A stretch of DNA of 64,000 nucleotides from Neisseriales bacterium (GCA_016699915.1 CP064990.1:732125-796124), one strand, 5' to 3'. Shown: positions 1 to 9,752, counted from the stretch's first letter. Notes: generated by a model from the sequence alone, not told the origin. Made by a program: numbers and translations.

Positions 1-1
1 A

Positions 2-226
2 CAAATGGTGCAATCGGGTTATGCTTGGGTATACACCGATTACCAAGATGCCGTTGCTAAAGGATGGCTCGAAAACCTATTATCAGCGCAAATCGACGCT
101 AAAAAGCATAAAAGAAGGCTTTGGCAAGATGAAAAACCAAAAGCGCCTTGGCATTATAGGAAGCATGCTAAAAAACCGGGGCGTCTTGGTACGCTATGGA
201 ATAAATTGATGAAGCTATTCAATTAA
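2..226 (+). CDS. Thermonuclease (SNase-like) family protein, C-terminal fragment; 5' end lies outside the window
   Basis: The open frame runs off the left edge. The tail ...SGYAWVYTDYQD...AKKHKRRLWQDEKPKAPWHYRK resembles the conserved GLAWVY...GLW...PWEWR end of staphylococcal-nuclease homologues. Confidence 0.55.
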   Translation, partial: QMVQSGYAWVYTDYQDAVAKGWLENLLSAQIDAKKHKRRLWQDEKPKAPWHYRKHAKKPGRLGTLWNKLMKLFN

Positions 227-306
227 GACAAATAGATCCTACCATGTCTTACAAAACATCAAAGCAATGGGTAGTTCTAAGTATAGGCTTTGCCTAAATT
301 ATGCTA

Positions 307-699
307 TTAGCGTTTAGAGAACTGTTTAGCGCGGCGTGCTTTGTGTAGTCCCACTTTTTTACGTTCGACTTCTCGACCGTCACGTGTGACAAAACCCGCT
401 TTGGAAAGCACGGGTTTAAGTTCTGGAGCGCAATCAATCAATGCACGGGTAACACCATGCCGTATAGCACCAGCCTGCCCCATTTCACCGCTACCTTGTA
501 CAGATACTTTAATGTCAAAAGTATGTAGTTGATCTGTTAGTACGAGCGGTTGGTGAATAATCATCCGCCCCGTCTCTCTTGAGAAATAAGCCTCAATCGG
601 CTGCCCATTCACGACAATGTTTCCTGTACCTTTTTGCAGAAAAACTCTTGCCACCGCACTTTTACGACGACCTGTACCGTAATAATACTTACCATTCAT
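307..699 (-). CDS. rpsI: 30S ribosomal protein S9
   Basis: Start trimmed to [21 protein letters not shown]...; ends ...[10 protein letters not shown]. Lies directly downstream of rplM. Confidence 0.95.
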   Translation of the reverse strand: MNGKYYYGTGRRKSAVARVFLQKGTGNIVVNGQPIEAYFSRETGRMIIHQPLVLTDQLHTFDIKVSVQGSGEMGQAGAIRHGVTRALIDCAPELKPVLSKAGFVTRDGREVERKKVGLHKARRAKQFSKR

Positions 700-716
700 A
701 TTCAAGTACCCTGTTT

Positions 717-1145
717 TCAAATATCTAACACACGAGGCTCTTGCGCACAATGCGGGTGCTCACTCCCTGCATAAACTTTGAGTTTTTTTAGCATTGCATA
801 GCCCAAAGGACCCTTGGGTAACATGCCTTTGACTGCTTTCACTAGCACTCTTTCTGGAAACTTTTCTTGCATTTGCAAAAAGGTACTCTCATGAATCCCG
901 CCTGGATAACCTGAGTGGCTGTAATATTTCTTATCTGATACCTTGTTACCCGTGACCTGAAGTTTACTGGCATTAATAACCACAATAAAATCACCCATAT
1001 CAACATGGGGAGTATATTCTGGCTTATGCTTGCCACGTAAGCGTAGCGCAATAGCTGACGCAACTCGACCCAATATGCGATTTTCTGCGTTGACAAGTAG
1101 CCACTCGCGTTTAACGTCTTGCGGTTTTGCTGAAAAAGTCTTCAT
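717..1145 (-). CDS. rplM: 50S ribosomal protein L13
   Basis: [27 protein letters not shown]... is a typical L13 N-terminus; classic rplM-rpsI pair. Confidence 0.95.
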   Translation of the reverse strand: MKTFSAKPQDVKREWLLVNAENRILGRVASAIALRLRGKHKPEYTPHVDMGDFIVVINASKLQVTGNKVSDKKYYSHSGYPGGIHESTFLQMQEKFPERVLVKAVKGMLPKGPLGYAMLKKLKVYAGSEHPHCAQEPRVLDI

Positions 1146-1234
1146 CAATCACTGTAACCTACTTAATAGACCCGAGGTGTGGAGTGTATTGCAACAACCC
1201 TTGCTTTGTCAAATAGTGCCGTGCTTTAATAGCC

Positions 1235-3475
1235 CTAAACTCTTCTTACTGTGGCAATATCTGGAATCTGCAACAATAGATTGATTGTATGCGGCAGATC
1301 CTGTACATGATGTACTTCCACCGTAAAAATAAATTTTTTACGAGCATTTTTGGCCACCGTGTTCAAAGCAACCACATTAAGTTTAGCGAGCGCGAAGGCA
1401 TGGGAAATATCCTGTAGCAATCCTGTTCGATCTATAGCTACAATTTCAATATTGATCAAAAACATACTATGTGCTGAACGATCTGACCACGTTGCTTTCA
1501 GTAGGCGGTCTTTATTTTGTAAGGCAAGTCGCCCACCCAGCACACAGTCTTGCCGATGTATCGAAATACCTCGTTGCTTGGTAACCCATCCTACAATGGT
1601 ATCAGGTGGCGCAGGTCGACAACACTTAGCTAATACAGTACTTAAATTCTCAACACCTTCTATCAAAATACCATGCCCTTTTGAATGTTGCTGACTAATT
1701 TTGGCTGGGACAAGCTGCGTTTTTGTATCAGCTACCGTGGGTAGCTGATCTGATAGGTGCTGCACAATAGTTTGTATTGAAAAATTATCTTGTCCTAATG
1801 CAAGATGAAGGTTGTCAAGTTTGGCAAAACCTAATTTTTCAGCAAGTAATTGCTGATTAATCGTAGCGCTACCCTGTCTTGACAGACATTTATCTAACAG
1901 TTGCTTCCCACGTAAACGTTCATTTTCCATATTTTGTTCGCGAATATATTGACGGATCTTAGCAATTGCCTTGTTGCTTTTCACCCATCCTGCATGCAAC
2001 CAATTAACCGATGGTTTGCCCGTTTTTTTGGTTAAGATTTCAACACACTGTCCATTTTTTAGTGCTGTAGAAAGCGGGGCGATATGCCCATCAATTTTTG
2101 CACCTCGGCAACAATGACCAACATCCGTATGGAGAGCATAGGCAAAATCAATAGGTGTTGAGCCATTTGGTAACGCAATCACATGGCCAGCTGGAGTCAT
2201 CACATAAACTACATCATGAAATAGCTTTGTTTGAAAATCTGAAGTCGTATGACTGGCTGCTTGACCAAATAATTCCTCCTGCCAGCCTAATAATTGGCGC
2301 AACCAAGCAATCTTTTTGTCATAAGCAATTTCTCTTGTGCCGCCTTCCTTATACCGCCAATGCGACGCCACACCTAACTCAGCATAAGTATGCATGGCAA
2401 AAGTGCGGATTTGCACTTCAACAGATTTATTATCCGGACCTATCACTGCTGTGTGTAAACTCTGGTAACCATTCGGCTTAGGATGCGTAATGTAGTCATT
2501 AAATTCACTAGCAATAGGCTGCCATAGATCCTGCACAAGACCAAGCGCCGTATAACAATCTTCGATCGTATGAACAAGCAAGCGCACAGCAAATAGATCA
2601 TATAAATTGGCAAAATCCAGTTGTTTTTGGTGCATTTTCCGCCAAATTGAAAAAACATGTTTTGGTCGCCCTGTGATATCCGAAGCTATACCAGCTGAAG
2701 CGAGATGCTGAGTTAGCTGTTGCGCTATTTTGTTGATATACTGCTGCCTCTCTTTCAGATGGGCGTGAAGCAAATCAACAATATCCTGATACGCCTCGGG
2801 TTCCAGATAGCGAAAACTATAGTCCTCCAAAAACCATTTGACCTGCCAAATACCAAGTCGATTGGCTAGTGGCGAAAAAATCCATTGCGTCTCTTGTGCA
2901 ATACGATATTGCAGTACTGGCGACTGACAATACTGTAAAGCGTACATCGTTTGTGTACGCCAAGCCAATTTAATCAATACCACACGGATATCATTCGCCA
3001 TCGCCAACAGCATTTTGCGAAATACTTCGGCTTGATTGGTTGCCAAACGCCTTGTTTTAGGTAAGTCATTAGGCATAAAAGTCATCAATTTTTGTAATTG
3101 ATGAACATCATTGACTAAAATAGCGCAAGCCTCACCAAAATGCGTAGTAATCCATGGCCGCCAATCGGCTTTGAACAAGGGCATTTTAAAGAGTAAAGCT
3201 GCAATAATGGCCTCATTGAATAAATGCAATTCAGCTACTAAAGCAGCTGTGGCAACTGCATGCTGAAAAATGGGTAAACCCATATCAGGTAAAACCGCAT
3301 CGCCATAACAAGTTTGCGCCACTTGAAAAGCATGCGTTAATCGACATTTTTCTTCAGCGTTTTGCTGTGCACATAAAGAACGTAACCATGCCAACGGATC
3401 GCGGGCTTGATCGAGAATCTCAGTCACATTGTAAGTAGGATGAATCATGGCATATCCGTTACCGTTGGATGACAC
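1235..3475 (-). CDS. relA: RelA/SpoT-family (p)ppGpp synthetase, RelA-like
   Basis: 746 aa with the synthetase core (...YQSLHTAVIGPDNKSVEVQIRT..HWRYKEG), a TGS region and a C-terminal ACT-like region. The N-terminal pseudo-hydrolase region lacks the HD dyad (..AALLFKMP..), as expected for RelA rather than SpoT. Confidence 0.85.
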   Translation of the reverse strand: MSSNGNGYAMIHPTYNVTEILDQARDPLAWLRSLCAQQNAEEKCRLTHAFQVAQTCYGDAVLPDMGLPIFQHAVATAALVAELHLFNEAIIAALLFKMPLFKADWRPWITTHFGEACAILVNDVHQLQKLMTFMPNDLPKTRRLATNQAEVFRKMLLAMANDIRVVLIKLAWRTQTMYALQYCQSPVLQYRIAQETQWIFSPLANRLGIWQVKWFLEDYSFRYLEPEAYQDIVDLLHAHLKERQQYINKIAQQLTQHLASAGIASDITGRPKHVFSIWRKMHQKQLDFANLYDLFAVRLLVHTIEDCYTALGLVQDLWQPIASEFNDYITHPKPNGYQSLHTAVIGPDNKSVEVQIRTFAMHTYAELGVASHWRYKEGGTREIAYDKKIAWLRQLLGWQEELFGQAASHTTSDFQTKLFHDVVYVMTPAGHVIALPNGSTPIDFAYALHTDVGHCCRGAKIDGHIAPLSTALKNGQCVEILTKKTGKPSVNWLHAGWVKSNKAIAKIRQYIREQNMENERLRGKQLLDKCLSRQGSATINQQLLAEKLGFAKLDNLHLALGQDNFSIQTIVQHLSDQLPTVADTKTQLVPAKISQQHSKGHGILIEGVENLSTVLAKCCRPAPPDTIVGWVTKQRGISIHRQDCVLGGRLALQNKDRLLKATWSDRSAHSMFLINIEIVAIDRTGLLQDISHAFALAKLNVVALNTVAKNARKKFIFTVEVHHVQDLPHTINLLLQIPDIATVRRV

Positions 3476-3610
3476 ACTTCCACCATCACATCTATTTTTT
3501 TAACTAACCATTAAGCCTTTTATAGGCGAATATGAAGATTGTTTTAGCTTGGCGGCATGGGATATAATAAACTGGTTTACGGTATGGATAATTAATTCTG
3601 CGCACAATCT

Positions 3611-4519
3611 ATGCAGCCCGCTATTTCGTTTTGCCATGTTCATAAATCTTTTGGTGCACTCAAGGCAGTTGATGATATTCACTTTGACATCATGCCTGGG
3701 GAATTTTTTGCGCTACTTGGGCCTAATGGCGCCGGTAAAACAACGCTCATCTCAATTTTAGCAGGACTTGTTCGCCAAGACATAGGGCAAACATCGATTT
3801 TGGGCTATGACACGCTTTTACAATCAACTCAAGCCAAGCGACATATTGGGGTTGTACCACAAGAATTAACTTTTGATCCATTTTTTACGATTAAAGAAGC
3901 GCTTTATTTTCAGTCAGGTTACTTTGGGTTGAACCATAATCAGTCTTGGATTGATGAAGTCATCACAAGGCTTGCACTGACCGACAAAGTAGATGTACGT
4001 ATCCGTAAGTTATCGGGCGGATTCAAAAAGCGATTGATGATTGCGCAGGCATTGGTACACCGCCCAAACGTCATTGTGCTTGATGAACCAACAGCAGGTG
4101 TTGATATTGAGCTACGGCAAAGTTTATGGGTATTTATTCGAGAACTCAATCAAATGGGGCACACCATTTTATTAACAACACACTACTTGGAAGAAGCAGA
4201 AGCATTGTGTAATCGTGTAGCTATATTGAAGCAAGGTAAATTGATCCTACTAGAAAACAAAGAAAAGCTTCTTCAACGCACCAAAGAACGCATTGTAACG
4301 ATGCGCTTATCTCGTGCTTTGCCTACAACATTTCCAGCAAAATGGATTTATGAAGAACAAACTGACAATTATGTATTCCATTTAGATACACTCAATACAC
4401 TAGCGGATATTATGGTTGCTATTCGGCAATCTGATATCGCTATCAGAGAAATTCATATTGCTGACATGAAACTAGAAGACGCATTCGTTACCATCATGCA
4501 TCAGGATGATAAAAAGTGA
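3611..4519 (+). CDS. ABC transporter ATP-binding protein (ABC-2 exporter type, YadG-like)
   Basis: Walker A GPNGAGKTT, signature LSGGFKKR, Walker B VIVLDEPTAGVD. Translationally coupled to the downstream permease. Confidence 0.9.
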   Translation: MQPAISFCHVHKSFGALKAVDDIHFDIMPGEFFALLGPNGAGKTTLISILAGLVRQDIGQTSILGYDTLLQSTQAKRHIGVVPQELTFDPFFTIKEALYFQSGYFGLNHNQSWIDEVITRLALTDKVDVRIRKLSGGFKKRLMIAQALVHRPNVIVLDEPTAGVDIELRQSLWVFIRELNQMGHTILLTTHYLEEAEALCNRVAILKQGKLILLENKEKLLQRTKERIVTMRLSRALPTTFPAKWIYEEQTDNYVFHLDTLNTLADIMVAIRQSDIAIREIHIADMKLEDAFVTIMHQDDKK

Positions 4520-5271
4520 TTGGTTTTATTACCTTATTACACAAAGAGATCCTCCGGTTTTGGAAAGTCATGTTCCAAACCTTGTTTGCGCCGATTTTAA
4601 GTGCGCTCCTATTTCAACTCGTGTTTTTTCACACATTATCTGATCGCGTCGTATCAGGATTTAATATTCCCTATGGCACTTTTTTAATACCCGGCCTTGC
4701 AATGATGTCGGCTATACAAAACGCTTATGCTAATTCTGCCTCGAGCCTCATTCAGGCTAGACTAAACGGCAGTATTGTATTCATACTACTTGCTCCTTTT
4801 TCAGCGTTGGAATTCTTTCTAGCTTACTTATTGTCATCAGCTATACGAGGTATTTTAGTCGGGTTAGGCGTCATTGCAGCCATCTCTTGGTTTGGTCTTT
4901 CTTGGCCATCCCATCCAATATTCGCACTATCCTTTTGTTTGTTAGGCTGTATTTTGCTCGGCGCACTGGGTATTTTGACGGGTATTCTTTCTAAGTCTTT
5001 TGACCAGTTATCAGCCTTTCAAAATTTTTTCATCATGCCACTTACCTTTTTATCAGGTACATTTTACTCCCTACAGAGCTTGCCAACTTTTTGGCAGATG
5101 ATTACCTACGCTAATCCGCTTTTTTATACGATTGATGGATTTCGTTATGGTTTTTTCGGATATGCTGATGTATCTCCTTGGATATCTCTTGGCGTTGTAT
5201 CACTTAGTACAATTTTATCTTGTTTCATTTGTCTTTACGTTATTCACAAAGGTTACCGTTTGAAATCCTAA
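4516..5271 (+). CDS. ABC-2 family transporter permease (YadH-like)
   Basis: 251 aa polytopic membrane protein. GTG start overlaps the ATPase stop (GTGA), the typical ABC-2 partner arrangement. Confidence 0.85.
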   Translation: MIGFITLLHKEILRFWKVMFQTLFAPILSALLFQLVFFHTLSDRVVSGFNIPYGTFLIPGLAMMSAIQNAYANSASSLIQARLNGSIVFILLAPFSALEFFLAYLLSSAIRGILVGLGVIAAISWFGLSWPSHPIFALSFCLLGCILLGALGILTGILSKSFDQLSAFQNFFIMPLTFLSGTFYSLQSLPTFWQMITYANPLFYTIDGFRYGFFGYADVSPWISLGVVSLSTILSCFICLYVIHKGYRLKS

Positions 5272-5339
5272 ATCACACCCTGTGGTTATCACATTTTTAA
5301 AATAAACTGCTTGGTTTTCTTGGTCTAAAGTATATCGAT

Positions 5340-6590
5340 ATGGAAAAACTGCACATACAAGCCAATGGCCCTTTACGGGGCGAAATCAAAGTATCAGGCG
5401 CTAAAAATGCCGCTTTACCTATTTTTTGTGCAAGTTTGCTAACCAAGGAACCAGTGCAATTAGCCAACATGCCACACCTTAAGGACATTATCACCTTGCG
5501 GCATTTATTAGAAAATATGGGCGCTCAAGTTGATGTATCACAAGACACGATATCAGTTGCCAACCATGCTATCCATCTCTATGTAGCACCCTATGAACTC
5601 GTAAAAACTATGCGTGCGGCTATTTTAGTACTCGGCCCTTTATTAGCCCGTTTTGGCGAAGCATCTATCAGCCTACCTGGTGGATGCGCAATCGGCAGTC
5701 GACCTGTTGATCAGCATATCAAGGGTTTAACTGCTATGGGAGCCAATATTACCGTTGAACATGGTTACATTCGTGCTACCACATCAGGATTAAAAGGTAC
5801 ACGCATTTTGATGGATATGGTCACTGTCACTGGCACAGAAAACCTCTTGATGGCCGCTACCCTCGCAGAGGGAGAAACCATTTTAGAAAATGCTGCCCTA
5901 GAACCAGAAATAACAGATTTAGCGCTCTTTCTAAATAGTATGGGTGCCTGTATCTCAGGTATTGGCACTCCTACCTTGGTTATTCAGGGTGTCAAAAAAC
6001 TACATGGTACAAGTTATCGCATCATGCCTGACCGTATTGAAGCAGGAACTTTCCTCGTTGCAGCAGCTATCACTCAAGGTAATATCACGTTAAAAAATAT
6101 CAATCCACTTCACCTAGAGTCTGTGCTAGCAAGCTTGCGCCAAGCAGGTTCCCATATCACCATTCAAGACGATACGATTCAACTTGTGATGAGAGATCGA
6201 CCAAAACCTGTCAATATCTGCACAGCGCCCTATCCTGCTTTTCCAACCGATATGCAGGCGCAATTTATGGCATTAAATACTATTTCTGCAGGTGAGGCAG
6301 TAGTCACTGAAACAATTTTTGAAAACCGTTTCATGCATGTTTCCGAGCTAAATCGAATGGGTGCCGAAATCACCATCGCTGGGAATCATGCAAAAATAAA
6401 GGGTGTTGATACCTTGTCCGGAGCACATGTGATGGCAACCGATCTGCGTGCATCCGCTAGCCTTGTTATCGCTGGACTGGTTGCATCAGGCGAAACGATC
6501 ATAGATCGTATCTATCATCTAGACCGTGGCTATGACAATATAGAACGAAAACTCAATCAAGTTGGCGCTCATATCGTTCGCATACACTGA
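5340..6590 (+). CDS. murA: UDP-N-acetylglucosamine 1-carboxyvinyltransferase
   Basis: 416 aa, [28 protein letters not shown]...; active-site region [16 protein letters not shown]. Confidence 0.96.
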   Translation: MEKLHIQANGPLRGEIKVSGAKNAALPIFCASLLTKEPVQLANMPHLKDIITLRHLLENMGAQVDVSQDTISVANHAIHLYVAPYELVKTMRAAILVLGPLLARFGEASISLPGGCAIGSRPVDQHIKGLTAMGANITVEHGYIRATTSGLKGTRILMDMVTVTGTENLLMAATLAEGETILENAALEPEITDLALFLNSMGACISGIGTPTLVIQGVKKLHGTSYRIMPDRIEAGTFLVAAAITQGNITLKNINPLHLESVLASLRQAGSHITIQDDTIQLVMRDRPKPVNICTAPYPAFPTDMQAQFMALNTISAGEAVVTETIFENRFMHVSELNRMGAEITIAGNHAKIKGVDTLSGAHVMATDLRASASLVIAGLVASGETIIDRIYHLDRGYDNIERKLNQVGAHIVRIH

Positions 6591-6591
6591 T

Positions 6592-7443
6592 ATGAAATCC
6601 ACGACATGCTGGATGTCTTATATTCAACTGATGCGGTTGAATAAGCCAGTTGGTATTTTTTTGTTGCTGTGGCCAACCTACTGGGCGTTGTGGCTTGGTG
6701 GCAATGGACGTCCAGCTTGGCTTCAAATCATCATTTTTACATTAGGTGTCATCCTGATGCGCTCAGTTGGCTGTGTCTTAAACGATATCGCTGACCGCAA
6801 CTTTGACAGCAGGATTCAGCGCACAAAGATGCGCCCTTTGGCAACAGGTCAAATACCACTCAAAGCCGCTTGGGTAGTTGCTATCATTTTGTTATTTGGC
6901 GCTGCTAATTTACTCTGGTTTCTCAATAAGTTGACACAACAATTAGCTTTGCTAGCCGTGCTATTAGCAGCGACTTATCCTTATACCAAATGTTTTTTAA
7001 GATGGCCACAAATCTATTTAGGCATGACTTTTTCAGTCAATATTCTCATGGCCTTTTGTGCAATATGCGATGCTATTCCTGCGACTGGTTGGATTTTATT
7101 TATTGCCAACTTTTGCTGGATCGTCGCTTATGATACACAATATGCCATGATGGATTATCAAGATGATCTCAAAGTTTTTCTTCACAGCACCGCTATTGCT
7201 TGGAAAAGCTTTAGCTTACCTGCCATTTGTGCCTTACAAGGGATATTTATCTTATTAATGAGTATATTAGGTTATCAATATCGCTTGAGCTTACCCTATT
7301 GGAGCGCTTTATTAGGCGCTTCGTTGTTATTCGGTTATCAATATTATTTGATCCAGTACCGTCAAGCACCATTTCTTGCGTTTTTAAATAACCAATCAAT
7401 CGGTCTATGTATCTTCGCTGGCATATGGTTACATTTCTTTTGA
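6592..7443 (+). CDS. ubiA: 4-hydroxybenzoate polyprenyltransferase
   Basis: Start trimmed to the ATG just after the murA stop. UbiA motif VLNDIADRNFDSRIQRTKMRPLATGQI; multi-TM protein. Confidence 0.88.
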   Translation: MKSTTCWMSYIQLMRLNKPVGIFLLLWPTYWALWLGGNGRPAWLQIIIFTLGVILMRSVGCVLNDIADRNFDSRIQRTKMRPLATGQIPLKAAWVVAIILLFGAANLLWFLNKLTQQLALLAVLLAATYPYTKCFLRWPQIYLGMTFSVNILMAFCAICDAIPATGWILFIANFCWIVAYDTQYAMMDYQDDLKVFLHSTAIAWKSFSLPAICALQGIFILLMSILGYQYRLSLPYWSALLGASLLFGYQYYLIQYRQAPFLAFLNNQSIGLCIFAGIWLHFF

Positions 7444-7490
7444 GTGTCATGATAATTGTCTCAAACCGCTCAAATTAGCTAAGGGCTTTA

Positions 7491-8963
7491 ATGACTAAAT
7501 TGCTTAATACTCTCACTAATAGCGCAGCAATACACGCTTATGCTAAGCAACGCTTGTTGGAGGTTAACCAGCTTTCACCAAACGCACTTGATAAAACCCT
7601 TCAACAGATTACCAAGCGCGGTATTGATTTTGCAGACTTATATTTTCAGTACACACATTTTGAAAGCTGGGTATTGGAAGATGGAGCAGTCAAGCAAGGC
7701 AGCTTCCACATTGATCAAGGTGTAGGAGTACGAGCCGTATCGGAAGATAAATCGGCACTAGCTTACTCAAGTCAAATCACCCAAAATGCATTGGCGATGG
7801 CATCCCAATCGGTTCAAGCCATTCGTACGCAAACCACAACAGCATCGTATCCTATCACCCAAACGCCATGCCTCACGCCCTGTTATGATCAGCTTGATCC
7901 GATTGCCAGTTTAGATGCTGCATCAAAAATAGCGATCTTGGAAGAAGTCAACCGGGTTGCGCGCCAACAAGACAAGCGTATCACGCAGGTTATAGCACAA
8001 TTAGCAGCAAAATATGAAATCATTTATCTTGCTCGGCATGATGGCTGCCATGTCGCAGATATTCGACCACTTGTACGCTTATCCGTTCATGTCATTGCTG
8101 AACAGCACCAACGCCGGGAAGAAGGCACTTCGGGTGGAGGCGGCAGAACTACTTTAGCCTATTTTGACCAAGCAACTATCAGTCGTTATAGCAAACTTGC
8201 CGTCGAACGAGCCTTACTAAATCTTGAAGCACGTTCTGCCCCAGCAGGTCAAATGACAGTTGTCCTCGGATCAGGTTGGCCGGGTATTTTGTTGCATGAA
8301 GCTATCGGTCATGGTCTAGAGGGCGATTTTCACCGCAAGAGAACTTCTGCTTTTACAAATCGTATGATGCAAAAAGTCGCTTCAAATACAATCAGTGTTG
8401 TCGATAATGGCACACTACCAAATCAACGTGGTTCATTAACCATAGACGACGAAGGATGCGCTGCACAGCATACAATACTCATTGAAAACGGCATACTCAA
8501 AGGAATAATGCAGGATATGACCAACGCTAAACTCATGAAACAAGCCCCAACCGGTAATGGTCGACGTGAATCTTATGCCGCTTTACCGATGCCGAGAATG
8601 ACTAATACCTATATGCTTAACGGAAAATATCCTCCAGAAGAAATTATCAAATCGGTCCATGAAGGACTCTATGCTGCTAATTTCGGTGGTGGACAAGTTG
8701 ATATTACCAGTGGACGTTTTGTGTTTTCAGCGTCTGAAGCTTGGCGTATTGAAAATGGGCGTCTCAGTTACCCTGTAAAAGGAGCTACTTTAATTGGTAA
8801 TGGTCCTGAGATACTGCAGCATGTTTCCATGGTCGGGAATGATTTAGCTTTAGATGACGGTATGGGAACTTGTGGAAAAAATGGACAAAATGTACCCGTT
8901 GGTGTTGGGCAACCCACCTTGCGTATTGATCAAGGATTAACTGTAGGTGGGATAGCAGTATAA
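7491..8963 (+). CDS. tldD: Metalloprotease TldD
   Basis: 490 aa with the HEAIGHGLEGD metal-binding motif and a conserved C-terminus ...GTCGKNGQNVPVGVGQPTLRID. Confidence 0.93.
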   Translation: MTKLLNTLTNSAAIHAYAKQRLLEVNQLSPNALDKTLQQITKRGIDFADLYFQYTHFESWVLEDGAVKQGSFHIDQGVGVRAVSEDKSALAYSSQITQNALAMASQSVQAIRTQTTTASYPITQTPCLTPCYDQLDPIASLDAASKIAILEEVNRVARQQDKRITQVIAQLAAKYEIIYLARHDGCHVADIRPLVRLSVHVIAEQHQRREEGTSGGGGRTTLAYFDQATISRYSKLAVERALLNLEARSAPAGQMTVVLGSGWPGILLHEAIGHGLEGDFHRKRTSAFTNRMMQKVASNTISVVDNGTLPNQRGSLTIDDEGCAAQHTILIENGILKGIMQDMTNAKLMKQAPTGNGRRESYAALPMPRMTNTYMLNGKYPPEEIIKSVHEGLYAANFGGGQVDITSGRFVFSASEAWRIENGRLSYPVKGATLIGNGPEILQHVSMVGNDLALDDGMGTCGKNGQNVPVGVGQPTLRIDQGLTVGGIAV

Positions 8964-9214
8964 ATCGACTTCTTAGACCAAGACGAGCTAAAAAAACTCA
9001 CTCACATAAATCTTCATACGAGTCTCAATATAAAAAGTGAACCGTTGGTTAATACATAGGAAGATTCACAACAGTTTGGAAAAACTCATGATGTACTAAT
9101 ATTTTTTTTATTTTCAATAATGTTGACTAAATATTATGAACAATATAAGACACTTCTGTTGTAAGATTTTCGTTAATAGACTGCTTTCTTGTTTAGCTTA
9201 TTTGCGAAACTAAT

Positions 9215-9349
9215 ATGAAAAAATCTTTTGTTGTGTCTCTTTTTGTTCTAATAATCTCAGCGTTTTCTGTAAACCAAGTTTTGGCTGGTGCTGCTAAGCC
9301 CCCCAAAGGCACCTCATGCGGATGTGGTTGTGGTTGTACTAATAAGTAA
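9215..9349 (+). CDS. Hypothetical exported mini-peptide with (Cys-Gly)3-Cys tail
   Basis: Not in the ORF track (44 codons): MKKSFVVSLFVLIISAFSVNQVLA|GAAKPPKGTSCGCGCGCTNK. It has a classic n/h/c signal-peptide layout and lies 8 nt upstream of the next ORF. No clear Shine-Dalgarno, so it could be non-coding. Confidence 0.45.
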   Translation: MKKSFVVSLFVLIISAFSVNQVLAGAAKPPKGTSCGCGCGCTNK

Positions 9350-9357
9350 CCGACAAC

Positions 9358-9705
9358 ATGCTTAGATCAATATACCGTCGTTTCTTTACTGGGCTAGGTG
9401 GCAAGTTTTTGGCTCTCGTGCTGATTTTTCTGATAATCAGTATTGTGAAAGTCAATAGTGCTAATAGTTTTGCTGCGGAAACGAAAAAATTCAACAAAAA
9501 TTGTAATTTTTCGAGCAGTGCAACACCACCCACTAAGTCAGCGACTGACGAAGGTTGTTCTTGCTTGTGTATACAGCAGTATATGTATTCCATAAGGAAG
9601 AAGCAGGTCTTTAAAGAAGACGATAGAGTTGTTGCAACCTTTAAATTTCAGCGAGATGCTTCTGGTAACTGTCACTGTGATTTTAATCAGGAAGAAAAGC
9701 GCTGA
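9358..9705 (+). CDS. Hypothetical exported cysteine-rich protein (CxCxC and CHC motifs)
   Basis: 115 aa. N-terminal signal/anchor ...KFLALVLIFLIISIVKVNSANSFA|AE. The mature part has 6 Cys (NKNC, GCSCLC, NCHC). It shares a PPxK...CxCxC layout with the upstream peptide and is followed immediately by a strong terminator. Confidence 0.45.
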   Translation: MLRSIYRRFFTGLGGKFLALVLIFLIISIVKVNSANSFAAETKKFNKNCNFSSSATPPTKSATDEGCSCLCIQQYMYSIRKKQVFKEDDRVVATFKFQRDASGNCHCDFNQEEKR

Positions 9706-9715
9706 GTCAAACCAC

Positions 9716-9752
9716 AAAAACAACCCGTACTAAAAATGCGGGTTGTTTTTTT
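9716..9752 (+). terminator. Rho-independent terminator closing the Cys-rich cassette
   Basis: AAAAACAACCCG (9716-9727) pairs perfectly with CGGGTTGTTTTT (9739-9750) across an 11-nt loop. The T-run continues to 9752. It starts 11 nt after the stop codon at 9703-9705. Confidence 0.8.

Noticed and set aside
9123-9149. A sigma-70 promoter for the Cys-rich cassette (TTGACT at 9123-9128 with TATAAG at 9144-9149).
   Set aside because: The spacer is only 15 nt, and other -10 candidates fit no better. The AT-rich sequence produces many such near-matches, so it is too weak to annotate.
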